In this document: one piece after another, positions 10,001 through 18,834 of the stretch | How positions within the stretch are numbered: position 1 is the stretch's first letter | Layout of the letters: every line of letters begins with the position of its first letter | Notes under the pieces: generated by a model | Seen by the model: the letters and a program-made list of their open reading frames with translations, nothing else | Told to the model about the DNA's origin: nothing | Databases searched by the model: none | Source: Saprospiraceae bacterium | GTDB taxonomy: Bacteria; Bacteroidota; Bacteroidia; Chitinophagales; Saprospiraceae | Assembly: GCA_036741235.1 (NCBI GenBank) | Contig: DAINSQ010000004.1 | Span: 4,200-68,199, forward strand | Reading direction: 5' to 3' | DNA: 64,000 nt | Translations under genes and position numbers: made by a program

Positions 10001-10606
10001 CAGGACGGCGGCCAGCTACAGAGTTGGGGCATCAGGGTATGCCCCTCGGGTTCTTCATTGTTACCCGTTGAATGGCTGTCTTTTTACGTGCTGGCACTTG
10101 AAGATCATGGGAGTATCCGGCTCAATTGGGCTACTGCAGCCGAGTTTAACAATGCCGGTTTTCAGATAGAGCGAAAAACAGATAATGAATCTGAATTTGC
10201 GACTATTGCGTGGATAGACAGCAAAGGCAACGAAGGAGTGTCTCAGCACTACGAATGGACTGACCTGTCCGCACAGCGCGGATTGCGTTACTACTACCGA
10301 TTGCGACAACTCGACTACGACGGCAAAGAAAGTTATTCGCCAGTACGCACTGCCGAATTGACATCCAGTGACGACGAATGCCGGCTCACCTGGCTGCCGG
10401 CCCAAAACATGTTATTACTGGGCTGCCCTGAAAGAACTACATCCCCGGCCACTTGCATCATATATAATATGCAAGGGCAACAGTTGTCTTCAATAAATAT
10501 TGGCACTGATACGCACTCATTAAATCTGGATGAATTGCCCTCCGGCGTTTATCTGGCGGTAATAATAACAGGCGCCCATCGGGCATCAATGCGAATCGCT
10601 AAATAA
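7100..10606 (+). CDS. secreted reprolysin-like (metzincin) zinc metalloprotease with proprotein-convertase P-domain and T9SS C-terminal domain
   Basis: Signal peptide, then HEMGHQFGANH (HExxHxxGxxH, nt 8111-8146). P-domain-like segment ...TGIWTLRVRDLFNQDGGQLQSWGIRVC. C-terminal Por-type tail (CIIYNMQGQQL...GVYLAVII). Confidence 0.85.
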   Translation: MRSVLLICCFIVLTTGIFSQNYWTPIAENQIPLNGPRRITPDKYAPLALDTALMLQILREAPHERQVSPYASLAMLEVPVPNGEMQTFRIVRYDMMEPGLADRYPGIMTFLGVGTGREPQYIRLDWTARGFHATFTTPRGKVYIDPYCFDNVLHYVSYYTTDYPEPATPFECHFSKENNLGINEPSDGELKAGDCVFRSYRLAMATTGEYSNYHGADNPSESALVLSAVVTAVNRVNEVYERDATIRMILIANTDDVFYYNPATDPYTNSSGGTMLGENQTTLDAVIGTANYDMGHVFSTGGGGVANLNAPCDPNLKARGVTGLGNPIGDPFYIDYVAHEMGHQFGANHTQNNDCNRVPATAMEPGSASTIMGYAGICSPNVQSNSDDYFHAISLQEIGNFVAFGSGNSCDTPLPFVNNPPTVGAGNDRIIPVSTPFMLTASANDPDGHPLTYCWEQWDNEAGDMPPQTTNTQGPMFRTFDPNSSATRYFPRLQDLVNNVSPTWEVLPSVGRDMEFRVTVRDNNGAAGCTAEDNMTVTTAAGIGPFLVTAPNTGSTVWTEGQFEQVTWNVVNTTTAPVSCSLVDIFLSYDGGFTYPAQLANNLPNNGVASVLVPAGTTTTARVMVKAEGNIFFDISNANFTIVAGAADFSVGATPVSITACPPNDAVYTINTGSFGGFSGNVTLSLTGAPMGTTHTFSVNPVIAGNSSTLTIGNLAALAPGAYNMEVWGSGSTGLRSIAIELNVSEYPGIPSGITPANGATDHTIVPVFTWSTSSNTIQYSVELSSSPVFSTISASTTTAGTTWSPELELQPLTTYYWRVRGMNTCGNGNWSAVSSFTTVPCFTYTSANVPVTIPSSGSPTVTSTLNITDAGIATDLNVVNLSGTHTWINDLAIDLIGPDNTTVTLFAQICDDEDNFNINFSDQAASSNYPCPPTDGGAYRPQNPLSPFNNKSITGIWTLRVRDLFNQDGGQLQSWGIRVCPSGSSLLPVEWLSFYVLALEDHGSIRLNWATAAEFNNAGFQIERKTDNESEFATIAWIDSKGNEGVSQHYEWTDLSAQRGLRYYYRLRQLDYDGKESYSPVRTAELTSSDDECRLTWLPAQNMLLLGCPERTTSPATCIIYNMQGQQLSSINIGTDTHSLNLDELPSGVYLAVIITGAHRASMRIAK

Positions 10607-10686
10607 ATATTGTATTTTTCACCAGGCCTTAACCGGTGATTTATTATCATTGTAAATCGCGATGACTGTTATAATAAGAACAAGCC

Positions 10687-11928
10687 ATGGAGATTTTTAC
10701 CATCATTGCCATTTTGACCGTTCTTTCAGCCTCATTTGCATACATCAACACCCGGTTTTTGAAACTGCCTTTTACCATAGGGTTGATGACTATTGCTATA
10801 TCCTTTACCCTTATCATTCTGCTTTTAGGCTGGGTCAATCACGAGATACTGGAAGATTCAAAGGCGCTTATCCAGGCAATAGACTTTAAGACCGTCCTTC
10901 TGGATGTAATGCTCAGTTTTTTATTATTTGCCGGAGCGCTTCACACCAAATTGGAATACCTGAAAAAAAATCGATGGCCCATCGCACTCTTTGCAACATT
11001 GGGAATGGTGGTATCGGCTTTCATTGTGGGAATACTGATGTACTTCCTCATGCTCGCATTTAATTATCCGGTGGAATTTATTTACTGCCTGCTTTTCGGC
11101 GCGCTTATATCGCCTACTGATCCCATCGCTGTTTTAGGAATATTAACAAAAGCTAACGCACCCAAGCAACTGGAAACAAAAATCGTCGGCGAATCGCTGT
11201 TTAATGACGGCATAGGCGTGGTGCTGTTTTTGGTCATATTTGGCATGGCCAAAGAAGGCGTTGAAGCCATCACCTTTTCTCATGTTGCGACTTTACTACT
11301 CGAAGAAGTGGGAGGCGGCATTGTACTAGGTTTATTGGCAGGCTGGCTGGGTTTTCGCCTCATGAAAACAATCAACCACTATGAGACGGAAGTCATGATT
11401 ACCCTTGCCCTGGTAATGGGCGTATACGAATTGGCCAGCTATCTGCATTTTTCAGGGCCTTTAGCGGTTGTTGTGGCGGGTCTGTTCATCGGCAATGCAT
11501 CTCCTGTCGTCGCCTGGTCAGAAACCACTCAAACCTATGTTGACAAATTCTGGGAACTGATAGATGTTTTTTTAAATGCCATCCTGTTCGTGCTGATCGG
11601 ATTTGAACTGCTAATTATTACTTTCAATACGACCTACGTAACACTGGGCTTGCTCGCCATTCCCGCTACGCTATTAGCTCGTTATCTCGCTCTGGTTGGC
11701 CCTATTGCTATCTTCCGCAAAAAACTGGGTTTTGTACCCGGCACAGGGCTTCTCATGACCTGGGGTGGGATCAGAGGCGGTATTTCAATTGCTTTAGCGC
11801 TTTCTCTTGAACAGCAAATGGGGAGGGATTTATTTCTAACCGTAACTTACATTATTGTGATTTTCTCTATTCTCGGCCAGGGTTTGACTATCGGGCCCTT
11901 GGTAAAGAGAATAGTAAAACGAGCATAG
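10687..11928 (+). CDS. cation:proton antiporter (CPA1 / NhaP-type Na+/H+ exchanger)
   Basis: 413 aa, polytopic. Conserved ISPTDPIAV and GESLFNDG motifs of CPA1 exchangers. Confidence 0.85.
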   Translation: MEIFTIIAILTVLSASFAYINTRFLKLPFTIGLMTIAISFTLIILLLGWVNHEILEDSKALIQAIDFKTVLLDVMLSFLLFAGALHTKLEYLKKNRWPIALFATLGMVVSAFIVGILMYFLMLAFNYPVEFIYCLLFGALISPTDPIAVLGILTKANAPKQLETKIVGESLFNDGIGVVLFLVIFGMAKEGVEAITFSHVATLLLEEVGGGIVLGLLAGWLGFRLMKTINHYETEVMITLALVMGVYELASYLHFSGPLAVVVAGLFIGNASPVVAWSETTQTYVDKFWELIDVFLNAILFVLIGFELLIITFNTTYVTLGLLAIPATLLARYLALVGPIAIFRKKLGFVPGTGLLMTWGGIRGGISIALALSLEQQMGRDLFLTVTYIIVIFSILGQGLTIGPLVKRIVKRA

Positions 11929-11929
11929 T

Positions 11930-12556
11930 TTAATACGCAATCGCCACGCGCCGGCGCAGGTATAAGTCTTCCTCCGCACACTCAAGCATCAAATCGGCCA
12001 CATCGGCAAAGCGAATAGCGGTTGCATTGGGGAGCGCCTTTTCTGCCTGGTGGCGATATTGCCCTGTGCGTTCTCCCGCCTGCATCATCGGCGGGCAGAT
12101 AAACGTCCAATCCAGCCCGCTGTTTGTCAATAACTCATAGGAAAGATAATGCGCGGCTGAAATTTCTTTGAGAAAATCGGGAAAATCCGGCATATCGCGT
12201 ACCAGGTGCGTATCGTCGGCTTCCAGGATACCGGCGCCGCCAATACCCAGCAATCGCTTGACGCCCGATTGCTTGGCCGCCTCAATAAGGCGTTGCATAC
12301 CCTGATACAATACGTTGAGCCCCCCGCTGCGAGGGCCTATGGCCGACAAAACTGCGTCGTGACCGGCCATGGCGGCATCAAGATTATCGCTCAACATGAT
12401 ATCCCCCTGAATCAATTGAAATTCAGGATTCATAATATCCATTTCCTTGCGCGAATAAGCCGTCACCTTATGGCCGGCTTCAAGTGCAAACTGAACCAGA
12501 TAGCTCCCCGTGTGTCCACTTGCCCCTACAATAAATAGTTTTTTTGAAATGCTCAT
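11930..12556 (-). CDS. NAD(P)H-binding atypical SDR / NmrA-like oxidoreductase
   Basis: Rossmann motif FIVGASGHTGSYLV right after the internal ATG at 12554-12556. The ORF-track start at 12661 is probably an artefactual extension, because a -7 box lies inside it. Confidence 0.75.
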   Translation of the reverse strand: MSISKKLFIVGASGHTGSYLVQFALEAGHKVTAYSRKEMDIMNPEFQLIQGDIMLSDNLDAAMAGHDAVLSAIGPRSGGLNVLYQGMQRLIEAAKQSGVKRLLGIGGAGILEADDTHLVRDMPDFPDFLKEISAAHYLSYELLTNSGLDWTFICPPMMQAGERTGQYRHQAEKALPNATAIRFADVADLMLECAEEDLYLRRRVAIAY

Positions 12557-12574
12557 GTGTCTGGCGACTTTATG

Positions 12575-12582
12575 CAAATATA
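12575..12582 (-). promoter_or_regulatory. Bacteroidota-type -7 box (TATATTTG on minus strand)
   Basis: Plus-strand CAAATATA is the reverse complement of TAtaTTTG, 18 nt upstream of the ATG at 12556. Confidence 0.45.
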
Positions 12583-12705
12583 AGGATTTATGAGGGGGAA
12601 TCTCAAGTTGACCGGTATTGAACCGCATAAAGCCGAAATTATTTTTACCTTTACGCGACAATTCTTCAATGCGGTTTTATCAAATCCATCTGATTATTCT
12701 CTTGT

Positions 12706-13650
12706 ATGGCAACTCCAAAATTAGAGGTTAAGCTCTTTTCTGGTATCGCATCGCGTTATCTGGCAGAGGCAATTGCAAAAGACTATGGCCAAAACCTGGG
12801 TGATATCGTTGTAAATCGCTTCAGCGACGGCGAAATGCAACCCGTGATCAATGAATCGGTCAGGGGAGCCTATTTGTTTTTTATTCAATCAACTTTTCCG
12901 CCTACCGACAACCTGATGGAAATGCTACTGATGATTGATGCCGCCAAACGCGCTTCGGCAGGCTATATCACGGCAGTAATCCCCTACTTCGGATATGCCC
13001 GGCAGGATCGCAAAGACAAACCCAGGGTACCCATCTCCGCCAAACTTATCGCCAACCTGCTGCAGGCTGCCGGCGTTAACCGTATTATGACCATGGACCT
13101 GCACGCCGATCAAATCCAGGGCTTTTTCGATATCCCGGTTGACCACCTCAAAAGCGAGGCCATCTATATCCCTTACTTGAAAGAACAGGATCTCTCCAAT
13201 GTTATTTTTGCCTCTCCTGATGTCGGCGGCGTCAAACGCGCGCGTACCTATGCCAAATACTTCGCCAAAGACCTGGTTATCTGTGACAAGTACCGCAAAA
13301 AGGCTAACGAAGTATCCGAAATGACCGTCATAGGCGATGTAAAAGGCGCCGATGTAATCCTTGTTGACGACTTGGTGGATACCGCAGGCACCCTCTGCAG
13401 GGCCGCGCAAATTATTATGGAAAAAGGCGCCAACAGCGTACGCGCCCTATGCACCCACCCCATCCTGTCGGGAAAAGCATATGAGAATATTGATTCTTCC
13501 ATGTTGCATGAACTGATTGTGTGCGATACAATACCGCTGCGCCAACAATCTCCAAAAATTAATGTGCTGTCTACTTCCAAGTTGTTTGCACGCGCCATTC
13601 GAAATATGCACGAACACCGTTCAATTTCTGCACTGTTTGTTGATGGATAA
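12706..13650 (+). CDS. prs: ribose-phosphate pyrophosphokinase
   Basis: 314 aa. Motifs FSDGE, YARQDRK, DLHADQIQGFF and the PRPP-binding loop VDDLVDTAGT. Confidence 0.95.
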   Translation: MATPKLEVKLFSGIASRYLAEAIAKDYGQNLGDIVVNRFSDGEMQPVINESVRGAYLFFIQSTFPPTDNLMEMLLMIDAAKRASAGYITAVIPYFGYARQDRKDKPRVPISAKLIANLLQAAGVNRIMTMDLHADQIQGFFDIPVDHLKSEAIYIPYLKEQDLSNVIFASPDVGGVKRARTYAKYFAKDLVICDKYRKKANEVSEMTVIGDVKGADVILVDDLVDTAGTLCRAAQIIMEKGANSVRALCTHPILSGKAYENIDSSMLHELIVCDTIPLRQQSPKINVLSTSKLFARAIRNMHEHRSISALFVDG

Positions 13651-13662
13651 TCAAAAAAACGC

Positions 13663-13670
13663 TATCTTTG
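13663..13670 (+). promoter_or_regulatory. Bacteroidota-type -7 box (TATCTTTG) upstream of rplY
   Basis: Exact TAnnTTTG match, 37 nt upstream of the ATG at 13707. Confidence 0.4.
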
Positions 13671-13706
13671 CGCGCATTTTTTTAACTAAATAAAATTTCG
13701 CTTACC

Positions 13707-14291
13707 ATGGAAGTAGTTGCAATCAAGGGGCAGGGCCGCGAAGGCCTGGGAAAAAAAGCCGCCAAGGCAGCCCGCAACAATGGCCGTATCCCCTGCGTAA
13801 TGTACGGAGGCGGTGAAGCAGTTCATTTTACGACGTCCCCCACAGAAGTTAAAAACCTGGTATATTCAGGTGATTTCAAGCTTGCGGAAATTGAAGTCGA
13901 CGGTGTATCGCACAAATGTATCCTCAAAGCTATCCAGTTCCACCCGGTTAATGAGGCCATTTTGCACATCGACTTTCTGCGCCTCATCGGTGGCCACCCT
14001 GTAAAAGTTGAGGTGCCCCTCCGCTTTAAAGGTACTGCCTCCGGCGTGAAAGCAGGCGGTAAGCTCCTCCAAACCGTCCGCAAAGTAAAAATCAAAACTA
14101 CTCCGGAACACCTGGTAGACGAATTGTCGGTAGACATCAGCCACCTCGAATTGGGCCAGTCTATCCGTATTCGCGATATCAAGCCCACCGAAGGCGTTGA
14201 GATCATCAACTCCCCGGGTATTCCTATCGCTACTATCGAAATTCCGCGCGCACTGCGTAGCGCAGCTACCACCGCCGAAAAGAAGAAATAA
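13707..14291 (+). CDS. rplY: 50S ribosomal protein L25 / general stress protein Ctc (long form)
   Basis: 194 aa. The N-terminal LGKKAAKAARNNGRIPCVMYGGG... pattern and the C-terminal Ctc extension are typical of L25/Ctc. Confidence 0.9.
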   Translation: MEVVAIKGQGREGLGKKAAKAARNNGRIPCVMYGGGEAVHFTTSPTEVKNLVYSGDFKLAEIEVDGVSHKCILKAIQFHPVNEAILHIDFLRLIGGHPVKVEVPLRFKGTASGVKAGGKLLQTVRKVKIKTTPEHLVDELSVDISHLELGQSIRIRDIKPTEGVEIINSPGIPIATIEIPRALRSAATTAEKKK

Positions 14292-14295
14292 TCAC

Positions 14296-14335
14296 AGGGG
14301 CGTCTCGTTTGACCGGGGCGCCCTCTCTATTTTTT
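14296..14335 (+). terminator. possible rho-independent terminator after rplY
   Basis: AGGGGCG ... CGCCCT stem (one bulge) followed by CTCTATTTTTT. The structure is modest. Confidence 0.4.
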
Positions 14336-14344
14336 CCCGCATAA

Positions 14345-15118
14345 GTGCAGCACCTCCGCGTCAGCTTAGTCCAGGCCGATCTCCACTGGGAAAACAAAGC
14401 CGCCAATCTAGATGCCCTCTCCAGGCGCATAACTCCGCTTTACGGCCATACCGACCTCATTGTTTTACCCGAAATGTTTACTACGGGGTTCTCTATGCAT
14501 CCCGAAACCCTGGCAGAACCTACCCAGGGCGCTACGCTCGCATGGATGATGCAACACGCAGCCAACAGTAACGCAGTGGTAACTGGAAGTTTTATAGCCC
14601 TTGAAGACAACAAGCACTACAATCGCCTGGTGTGGATGCAACCCGACGGCGTATATTTCACCTACGACAAACGCCACCTGTTCACCTTGGCCGGCGAACA
14701 CTACCATTATACCCCCGGCAATAACCGCCTTGTAGTGGAGTGGAAAGGCTGGAAAATTATGCCTTTGATCTGCTACGACCTCCGATTCCCCGTGTGGAGC
14801 CGAAATAACGTCAACTACGACCTGCTGCTCTATGTTGCTAATTTCCCCGAACGTCGCAACCACGCATGGAAATCGCTACTTGTAGCCAGAGCCATCGAAA
14901 ATCAAACTTATACCATTGGCGATAACCGCGAAGGCGCCGACGGCAACGATATCTATCACTAAGGCGACTCCATGCTGGTCGATTATCAAGGCTTTGTTTT
15001 GTACCAATTAGCACACCACGAAGGCGTCTTTACTACTACGCTAAATCGCAATTTGCAGCTTGATTTTAGAAAAAAATTCAATTTTTTAGCCGATCAGGAT
15101 TTTTTTTCAATATACTGA
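14345..15118 (+). pseudogene. carbon-nitrogen hydrolase (nitrilase superfamily, omega-amidase/YafV-like) interrupted by one in-frame TAA at 14960-14962
   Basis: GTG start. Catalytic-Cys region LICYDLRFP is present. The ORF stops after ...GADGNDIYH, but the same frame continues GDSMLVDYQGF...FLADQDFFSIY to a TGA at 15116-15118. Total 257 codons, the usual family length. Confidence 0.7.
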
Positions 15119-15349
15119 TTGTCAAAAAGTTAAACCAAATTGTGGAAAACTTTTTCCGTAATTAGTTGCGCTTTTTGTTAGAAATACAAATTTAATTCTA
15201 TACTTTCGCACTGTTACAACATTTGAGCCGAAGCAAAAACTCAACTTAATCCCACCCTGAACATATCCGTAAGCTTCGGCGCCAAAGCTTGTCTGTGTTA
15301 TCTTCAATTGCTCACAGAAAGCTATATGGTTGGATAAAACTCATGGGAA

Positions 15350-15979
15350 ATGTCAGATTCACACAGTTGCAGGGGTATCATGTTACTCCTCTTATTCTTT
15401 GCACTCACTAGCTCTGTTATTGCAAACACCCCTTCAGGGGGCGACAGCACCACGGTAGAAAGCACCGCCAGTAAAGCGCTCTTGCGCACTGAAATTGTCA
15501 ATTACGCCAAGGAACTACTCGGCACACGTTATCGCTACGCAGGCCGTACACCGGCAGGTTTCGATTGCTCAGGCCTCACTTATTATGTGATGCGCCATTT
15601 CGAAGTTGGCCTTTCCAACTGCTCCCGCGCACAAATCAATGATGGCATTAAGGTTACGCTTGACAACGTCAAAGCCGGCGACCTGATTTTCTTCAAGCGC
15701 TACCGCAACCGCATTTCGCACGTAGCTATGGTAGTTGAAAAAAATGAAGAGGGCGTCTTTATTATCCACAGTACATCCCGCGGCGTTGTTATTGACAACC
15801 TGTCAAAGTCGAAATACTGGCGCCCGAAAGTATGCGGGGCTCGCGACGTATTGGCCAATAGAGACCTCCCGGTAGCAGAATTGCTTGCGCGCCGCGCAGA
15901 AGAGATAAAAGCAGCTCAGCAGGAAAAGCTCAAAACTCTGGCGCCTCAGGCGTTTTATATGTTGTACGCGGCGCGTTAA
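15350..15979 (+). CDS. NlpC/P60 (C40) family cell-wall peptidase, secreted
   Basis: Catalytic Cys in GFDCSGLTYYV and His in ISHVAMVV. N-terminal hydrophobic leader (MLLLLFFALTSSVIA); the start could be 15350 or the internal Met at 15380. Confidence 0.85.
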   Translation: MSDSHSCRGIMLLLLFFALTSSVIANTPSGGDSTTVESTASKALLRTEIVNYAKELLGTRYRYAGRTPAGFDCSGLTYYVMRHFEVGLSNCSRAQINDGIKVTLDNVKAGDLIFFKRYRNRISHVAMVVEKNEEGVFIIHSTSRGVVIDNLSKSKYWRPKVCGARDVLANRDLPVAELLARRAEEIKAAQQEKLKTLAPQAFYMLYAAR

Positions 15980-16015
15980 GCCGCCACTTGCACTCCGATC
16001 GCTTATCAACACTCG

Positions 16016-16046
16016 AGGGCGCTCTCCGTTATCCGGAGAGCGCCCT
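16016..16046 (+). terminator. strong 13-bp hairpin downstream of the NlpC/P60 gene
   Basis: AGGGCGCTCTCCG-TTATC-CGGAGAGCGCCCT, a perfect stem. No clear U-tract follows. Confidence 0.55.
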
Positions 16047-16098
16047 CTGTATAAATGCCTTCCCCTGCCGCCTTGTCGCCCAATTAATAAAAACTTAC

Positions 16099-16106
16099 TA
16101 TTTTTG
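16099..16106 (+). promoter_or_regulatory. Bacteroidota-type -7 box (TATTTTTG) upstream of adk
   Basis: TAnnTTTG match, 66 nt upstream of the adk ATG. Confidence 0.35.
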
Positions 16107-16171
16107 CCCCACTACATATGAACGCCCTTTCGAAACATATCAGGATTAATTGTACAAAACGCATTTAGACA

Positions 16172-16744
16172 ATGATTAATCTTATCCTCTTTGGCCCTCC
16201 CGGTTCGGGAAAAGGTACGCAGGCAACTCAACTGGTTGACCGCTATCGCGTATTGCACATTTCTACAGGTGATCTGTTTCGTTATGAAATGGGCAATAAT
16301 ACGCCGCTAGGACTAAAAGCCAAAAGCTATATCGAGAAGGGCGAACTTGTCCCCGACGAGGTAACAATCGGTATGCTCCAAAATAAAGTTGACGCACACC
16401 CGGAAGCGGAGGGCTATATATTTGACGGATTTCCTCGCACTATTCCTCAAGCGGAAGCCCTCGACGCTTTCCTGGCAGGCCGAGGCCAATCTATATCAAG
16501 GCTGATCATGCTGGATGTGCCCGATGAGGAGATTATCAAACGTATTTTGGGCCGGGGCGCTACCTCTGGCCGCGCCGATGACCTGGATGCCGACATTATT
16601 CAAAACAGGATCGATGTGTATAAACAACAAACATCTCCGGTATTCGATTTTTATGCGCAAACAGGCAAATCAGTTAAGGTAGACGGGGTAGGCGGTATTG
16701 ACGATATCTTCAACCGCCTGTGCGCCGTTATTGACACCATCTAG
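16172..16744 (+). CDS. adk: adenylate kinase (short, zinc-less lid)
   Basis: P-loop GPPGSGKGTQ, motifs ISTGDLFR and DGFPRT, 190 aa. Confidence 0.95.
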   Translation: MINLILFGPPGSGKGTQATQLVDRYRVLHISTGDLFRYEMGNNTPLGLKAKSYIEKGELVPDEVTIGMLQNKVDAHPEAEGYIFDGFPRTIPQAEALDAFLAGRGQSISRLIMLDVPDEEIIKRILGRGATSGRADDLDADIIQNRIDVYKQQTSPVFDFYAQTGKSVKVDGVGGIDDIFNRLCAVIDTI

Positions 16745-16751
16745 CCTTTTT

Positions 16752-18644
16752 TTATTTTTCTACCCTGAACTGGGCGATGGGCTTACCGCTTGCTTTTACT
16801 ATTAGCAAATAGCGGCCCGGCGGCGCTTTTGACAGGTTGATTGACTTGTTGTAAGGGCCCGGAGCCTGCTGCGTATAGCTCAATCTCGCAAGCTCCTTGA
16901 GTTGCGAATTGATGAGCACTACAACTACATCAGCCGCCTTTTCGAGATTATAATTGATCTTTACAGTACCATCTTTGGGGTCGGGGTCCACTTGGGGAAA
17001 TACCGACCAGTCATTGTCGTCTTTGTCTTCAAATTCAACGCGGGGGTCGTAGTATTTTACTTTGCCGTTGCCATACATACTTTTGAGCCGGTAACGTACA
17101 TTTTTCAGTTGCTGGTCGTCGCGAATACCCTTATCTTCAAATGTATAATCATTCTGCGCTTTGCCCTTTCCGGGAATTTTGCCAATCGACTGGTACTGCT
17201 TGCCGCCGTCCATTGAGCGCAGTAATTCGAAATTCATCGGAGTATTTTCGTTGTAAGTGGTCCAGCCCAATTTTATGACATCGCCGGCGCGCTCGGCCTC
17301 GAGGTCAAAAACTTCGGTAGATTCGCGGGCGGCCAGGATCTCCTCGCTGTCTTCCTCGGGCTCCTGCTGGGCCTGCGGCGGCGAAGCCTTGCGGTTTTTT
17401 ATGGTCACTACGTCGCCATTACTCGGATTCCAGATGATCAATCCCAAGGGCGGTTCAAAAATATTTTTGTGGTTGATCTCGCGCACGTTTTCCGCACCAT
17501 CTGTTTTTATCGTGCGTACTTCGATCTTCTGCTGATCTACAAAAACCCAGTTAAATTGGTTGAAACTACCGCTATTGCGGGTCCAGGACTTATTGTCGTC
17601 TGCTTCGCGTAACGGAGCGCCCCAACATCCTTCTCCGGCATATACGGTGCCGTTTTCGTCGTCGCGGATAAACCCCTCTTCACTGCCCGGTTCCCGGGAG
17701 GGACGGATGGGCCAGGTCCACTTGCCCACGTGCGAATCGGATTCAAAGGCAAGTTGAACGCGGTATTTGTAAAAATAGGTAGCCCAGTTGAGCAGCAATT
17801 CGTCGCGCTCGGCTTTTGACTTGGTATGGGGGCGAATAGCGTGGTGATATTGCACCATACGCCAGGCAACGGCAGCGCCGTTGGTTTTGAGGTCGTGCTC
17901 CAGCCATTCGCGCTGCGCGCCGCCTGAAGGAATGAGTGAATTGAGCGTATAAAGCCGCAACAGGTTGCCGCCAAAATTCATCGCATAGTAGATATCGGGA
18001 TTTTTTACGTCGAACATTTCCACAAGCGATTTATTCGAAGACTCGTGATTGCCCCGAGCGACCAACACGGGAAACAAGCGGCCGTCGCTGCCGATAGTAG
18101 CCTGCCAGTCGTCTAGCCAAAAACGCCATTCCGTTGCGGTATCTTCTGCGGTCATGTCGCCGTTGAACAACACAATATGCGGGCGGAGTTTGCTCACCAG
18201 TTTATTGGCATCAAGCCTTGCTTCGCGGTGGTTGCGCGAATCGCCGCCTGCAATAATTGACAAGCGCGCGGTTGGGCTGTCAGGCGCCGTTTGAAATGAC
18301 ATACGGCGGCTTACCCCTTCGCTGTCTTTGATCACAAAGTAGTATACCGTGTTGGGCTGAAGTCCGCTCAAACGAACGTACTGGTTGTTCATACCCTTGG
18401 CAATAAGCGACACGTCGGGTCGCTTGGAATATTTATACGCCGCATATTGTTGGGCGCGATCCGAAACATCGTAGTACAATACCGGGTCGCTGCCCGATAG
18501 CTGGTCCCATCCAATTACCATGGTAGTGGCAGGATCTTCGCGCCAGGTTGCGCGATAACGACCGGTTGCCGCTTTCGCATAGCTTGCGATCAGCAAAATC
18601 CCTCCCAGAAGTAGCAATGTCAGCTTTGTATTTTGCATCTGCAT
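16752..18644 (-). CDS. secreted metallophosphoesterase (purple-acid-phosphatase-like) with C-terminal T9SS-type domain
   Basis: Calcineurin-like motifs GDSRNH, FNGDMT, GNHE, YHHAIRPH. Signal peptide follows the Met at 18644 (MQMQNTKLTLLLLGGILLIASYAKA). C-terminal beta-sandwich tail (...GRYLLIVKASGKPIAQFRVEK). Confidence 0.8.
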   Translation of the reverse strand: MQMQNTKLTLLLLGGILLIASYAKAATGRYRATWREDPATTMVIGWDQLSGSDPVLYYDVSDRAQQYAAYKYSKRPDVSLIAKGMNNQYVRLSGLQPNTVYYFVIKDSEGVSRRMSFQTAPDSPTARLSIIAGGDSRNHREARLDANKLVSKLRPHIVLFNGDMTAEDTATEWRFWLDDWQATIGSDGRLFPVLVARGNHESSNKSLVEMFDVKNPDIYYAMNFGGNLLRLYTLNSLIPSGGAQREWLEHDLKTNGAAVAWRMVQYHHAIRPHTKSKAERDELLLNWATYFYKYRVQLAFESDSHVGKWTWPIRPSREPGSEEGFIRDDENGTVYAGEGCWGAPLREADDNKSWTRNSGSFNQFNWVFVDQQKIEVRTIKTDGAENVREINHKNIFEPPLGLIIWNPSNGDVVTIKNRKASPPQAQQEPEEDSEEILAARESTEVFDLEAERAGDVIKLGWTTYNENTPMNFELLRSMDGGKQYQSIGKIPGKGKAQNDYTFEDKGIRDDQQLKNVRYRLKSMYGNGKVKYYDPRVEFEDKDDNDWSVFPQVDPDPKDGTVKINYNLEKAADVVVVLINSQLKELARLSYTQQAPGPYNKSINLSKAPPGRYLLIVKASGKPIAQFRVEK

Positions 18645-18834
18645 GTGTGGGCTTTTAACTGGAGACCGGGCAGCTTGTGAACCCAATTCCAAAACGATTA
18701 TGAATTGCTGAACATTATGCGTGTAGCCATATTTGGTGTGTTACCACCTTGATGTCGGCTTAAATTAAAGCTTTTTGAACGGGATTTATTGTACCTTTAA
18801 GCCACATTTATTTTTTTAAAACACTAATTCGCCG

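Noticed and set aside
14960-14962. In-frame TAA, considered as evidence of an alternative genetic code or programmed recoding.
   Set aside because: TAA clearly terminates other well-supported genes in the window, for example 7100-10606 and 11930-12556. I saw no recoding signal such as a stem-loop or slippery site around the codon. A point mutation or sequencing error is the simpler explanation.
15119-15349. A 231-bp leader upstream of the NlpC/P60 gene with two mutually exclusive hairpins: GCCGAAGC/GCTTCGGC at 15227-15280 and AAGCTT/AAGCTT at 15271-15290. Considered as a riboswitch, for example c-di-AMP/ydaO-type, which is often linked to cell-wall hydrolases.
   Set aside because: I could not recognise any conserved riboswitch core sequence. 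The stems are short (8 and 6 bp) and could arise by chance. A covariance-model scan (Rfam/Infernal) would be needed before claiming anything.
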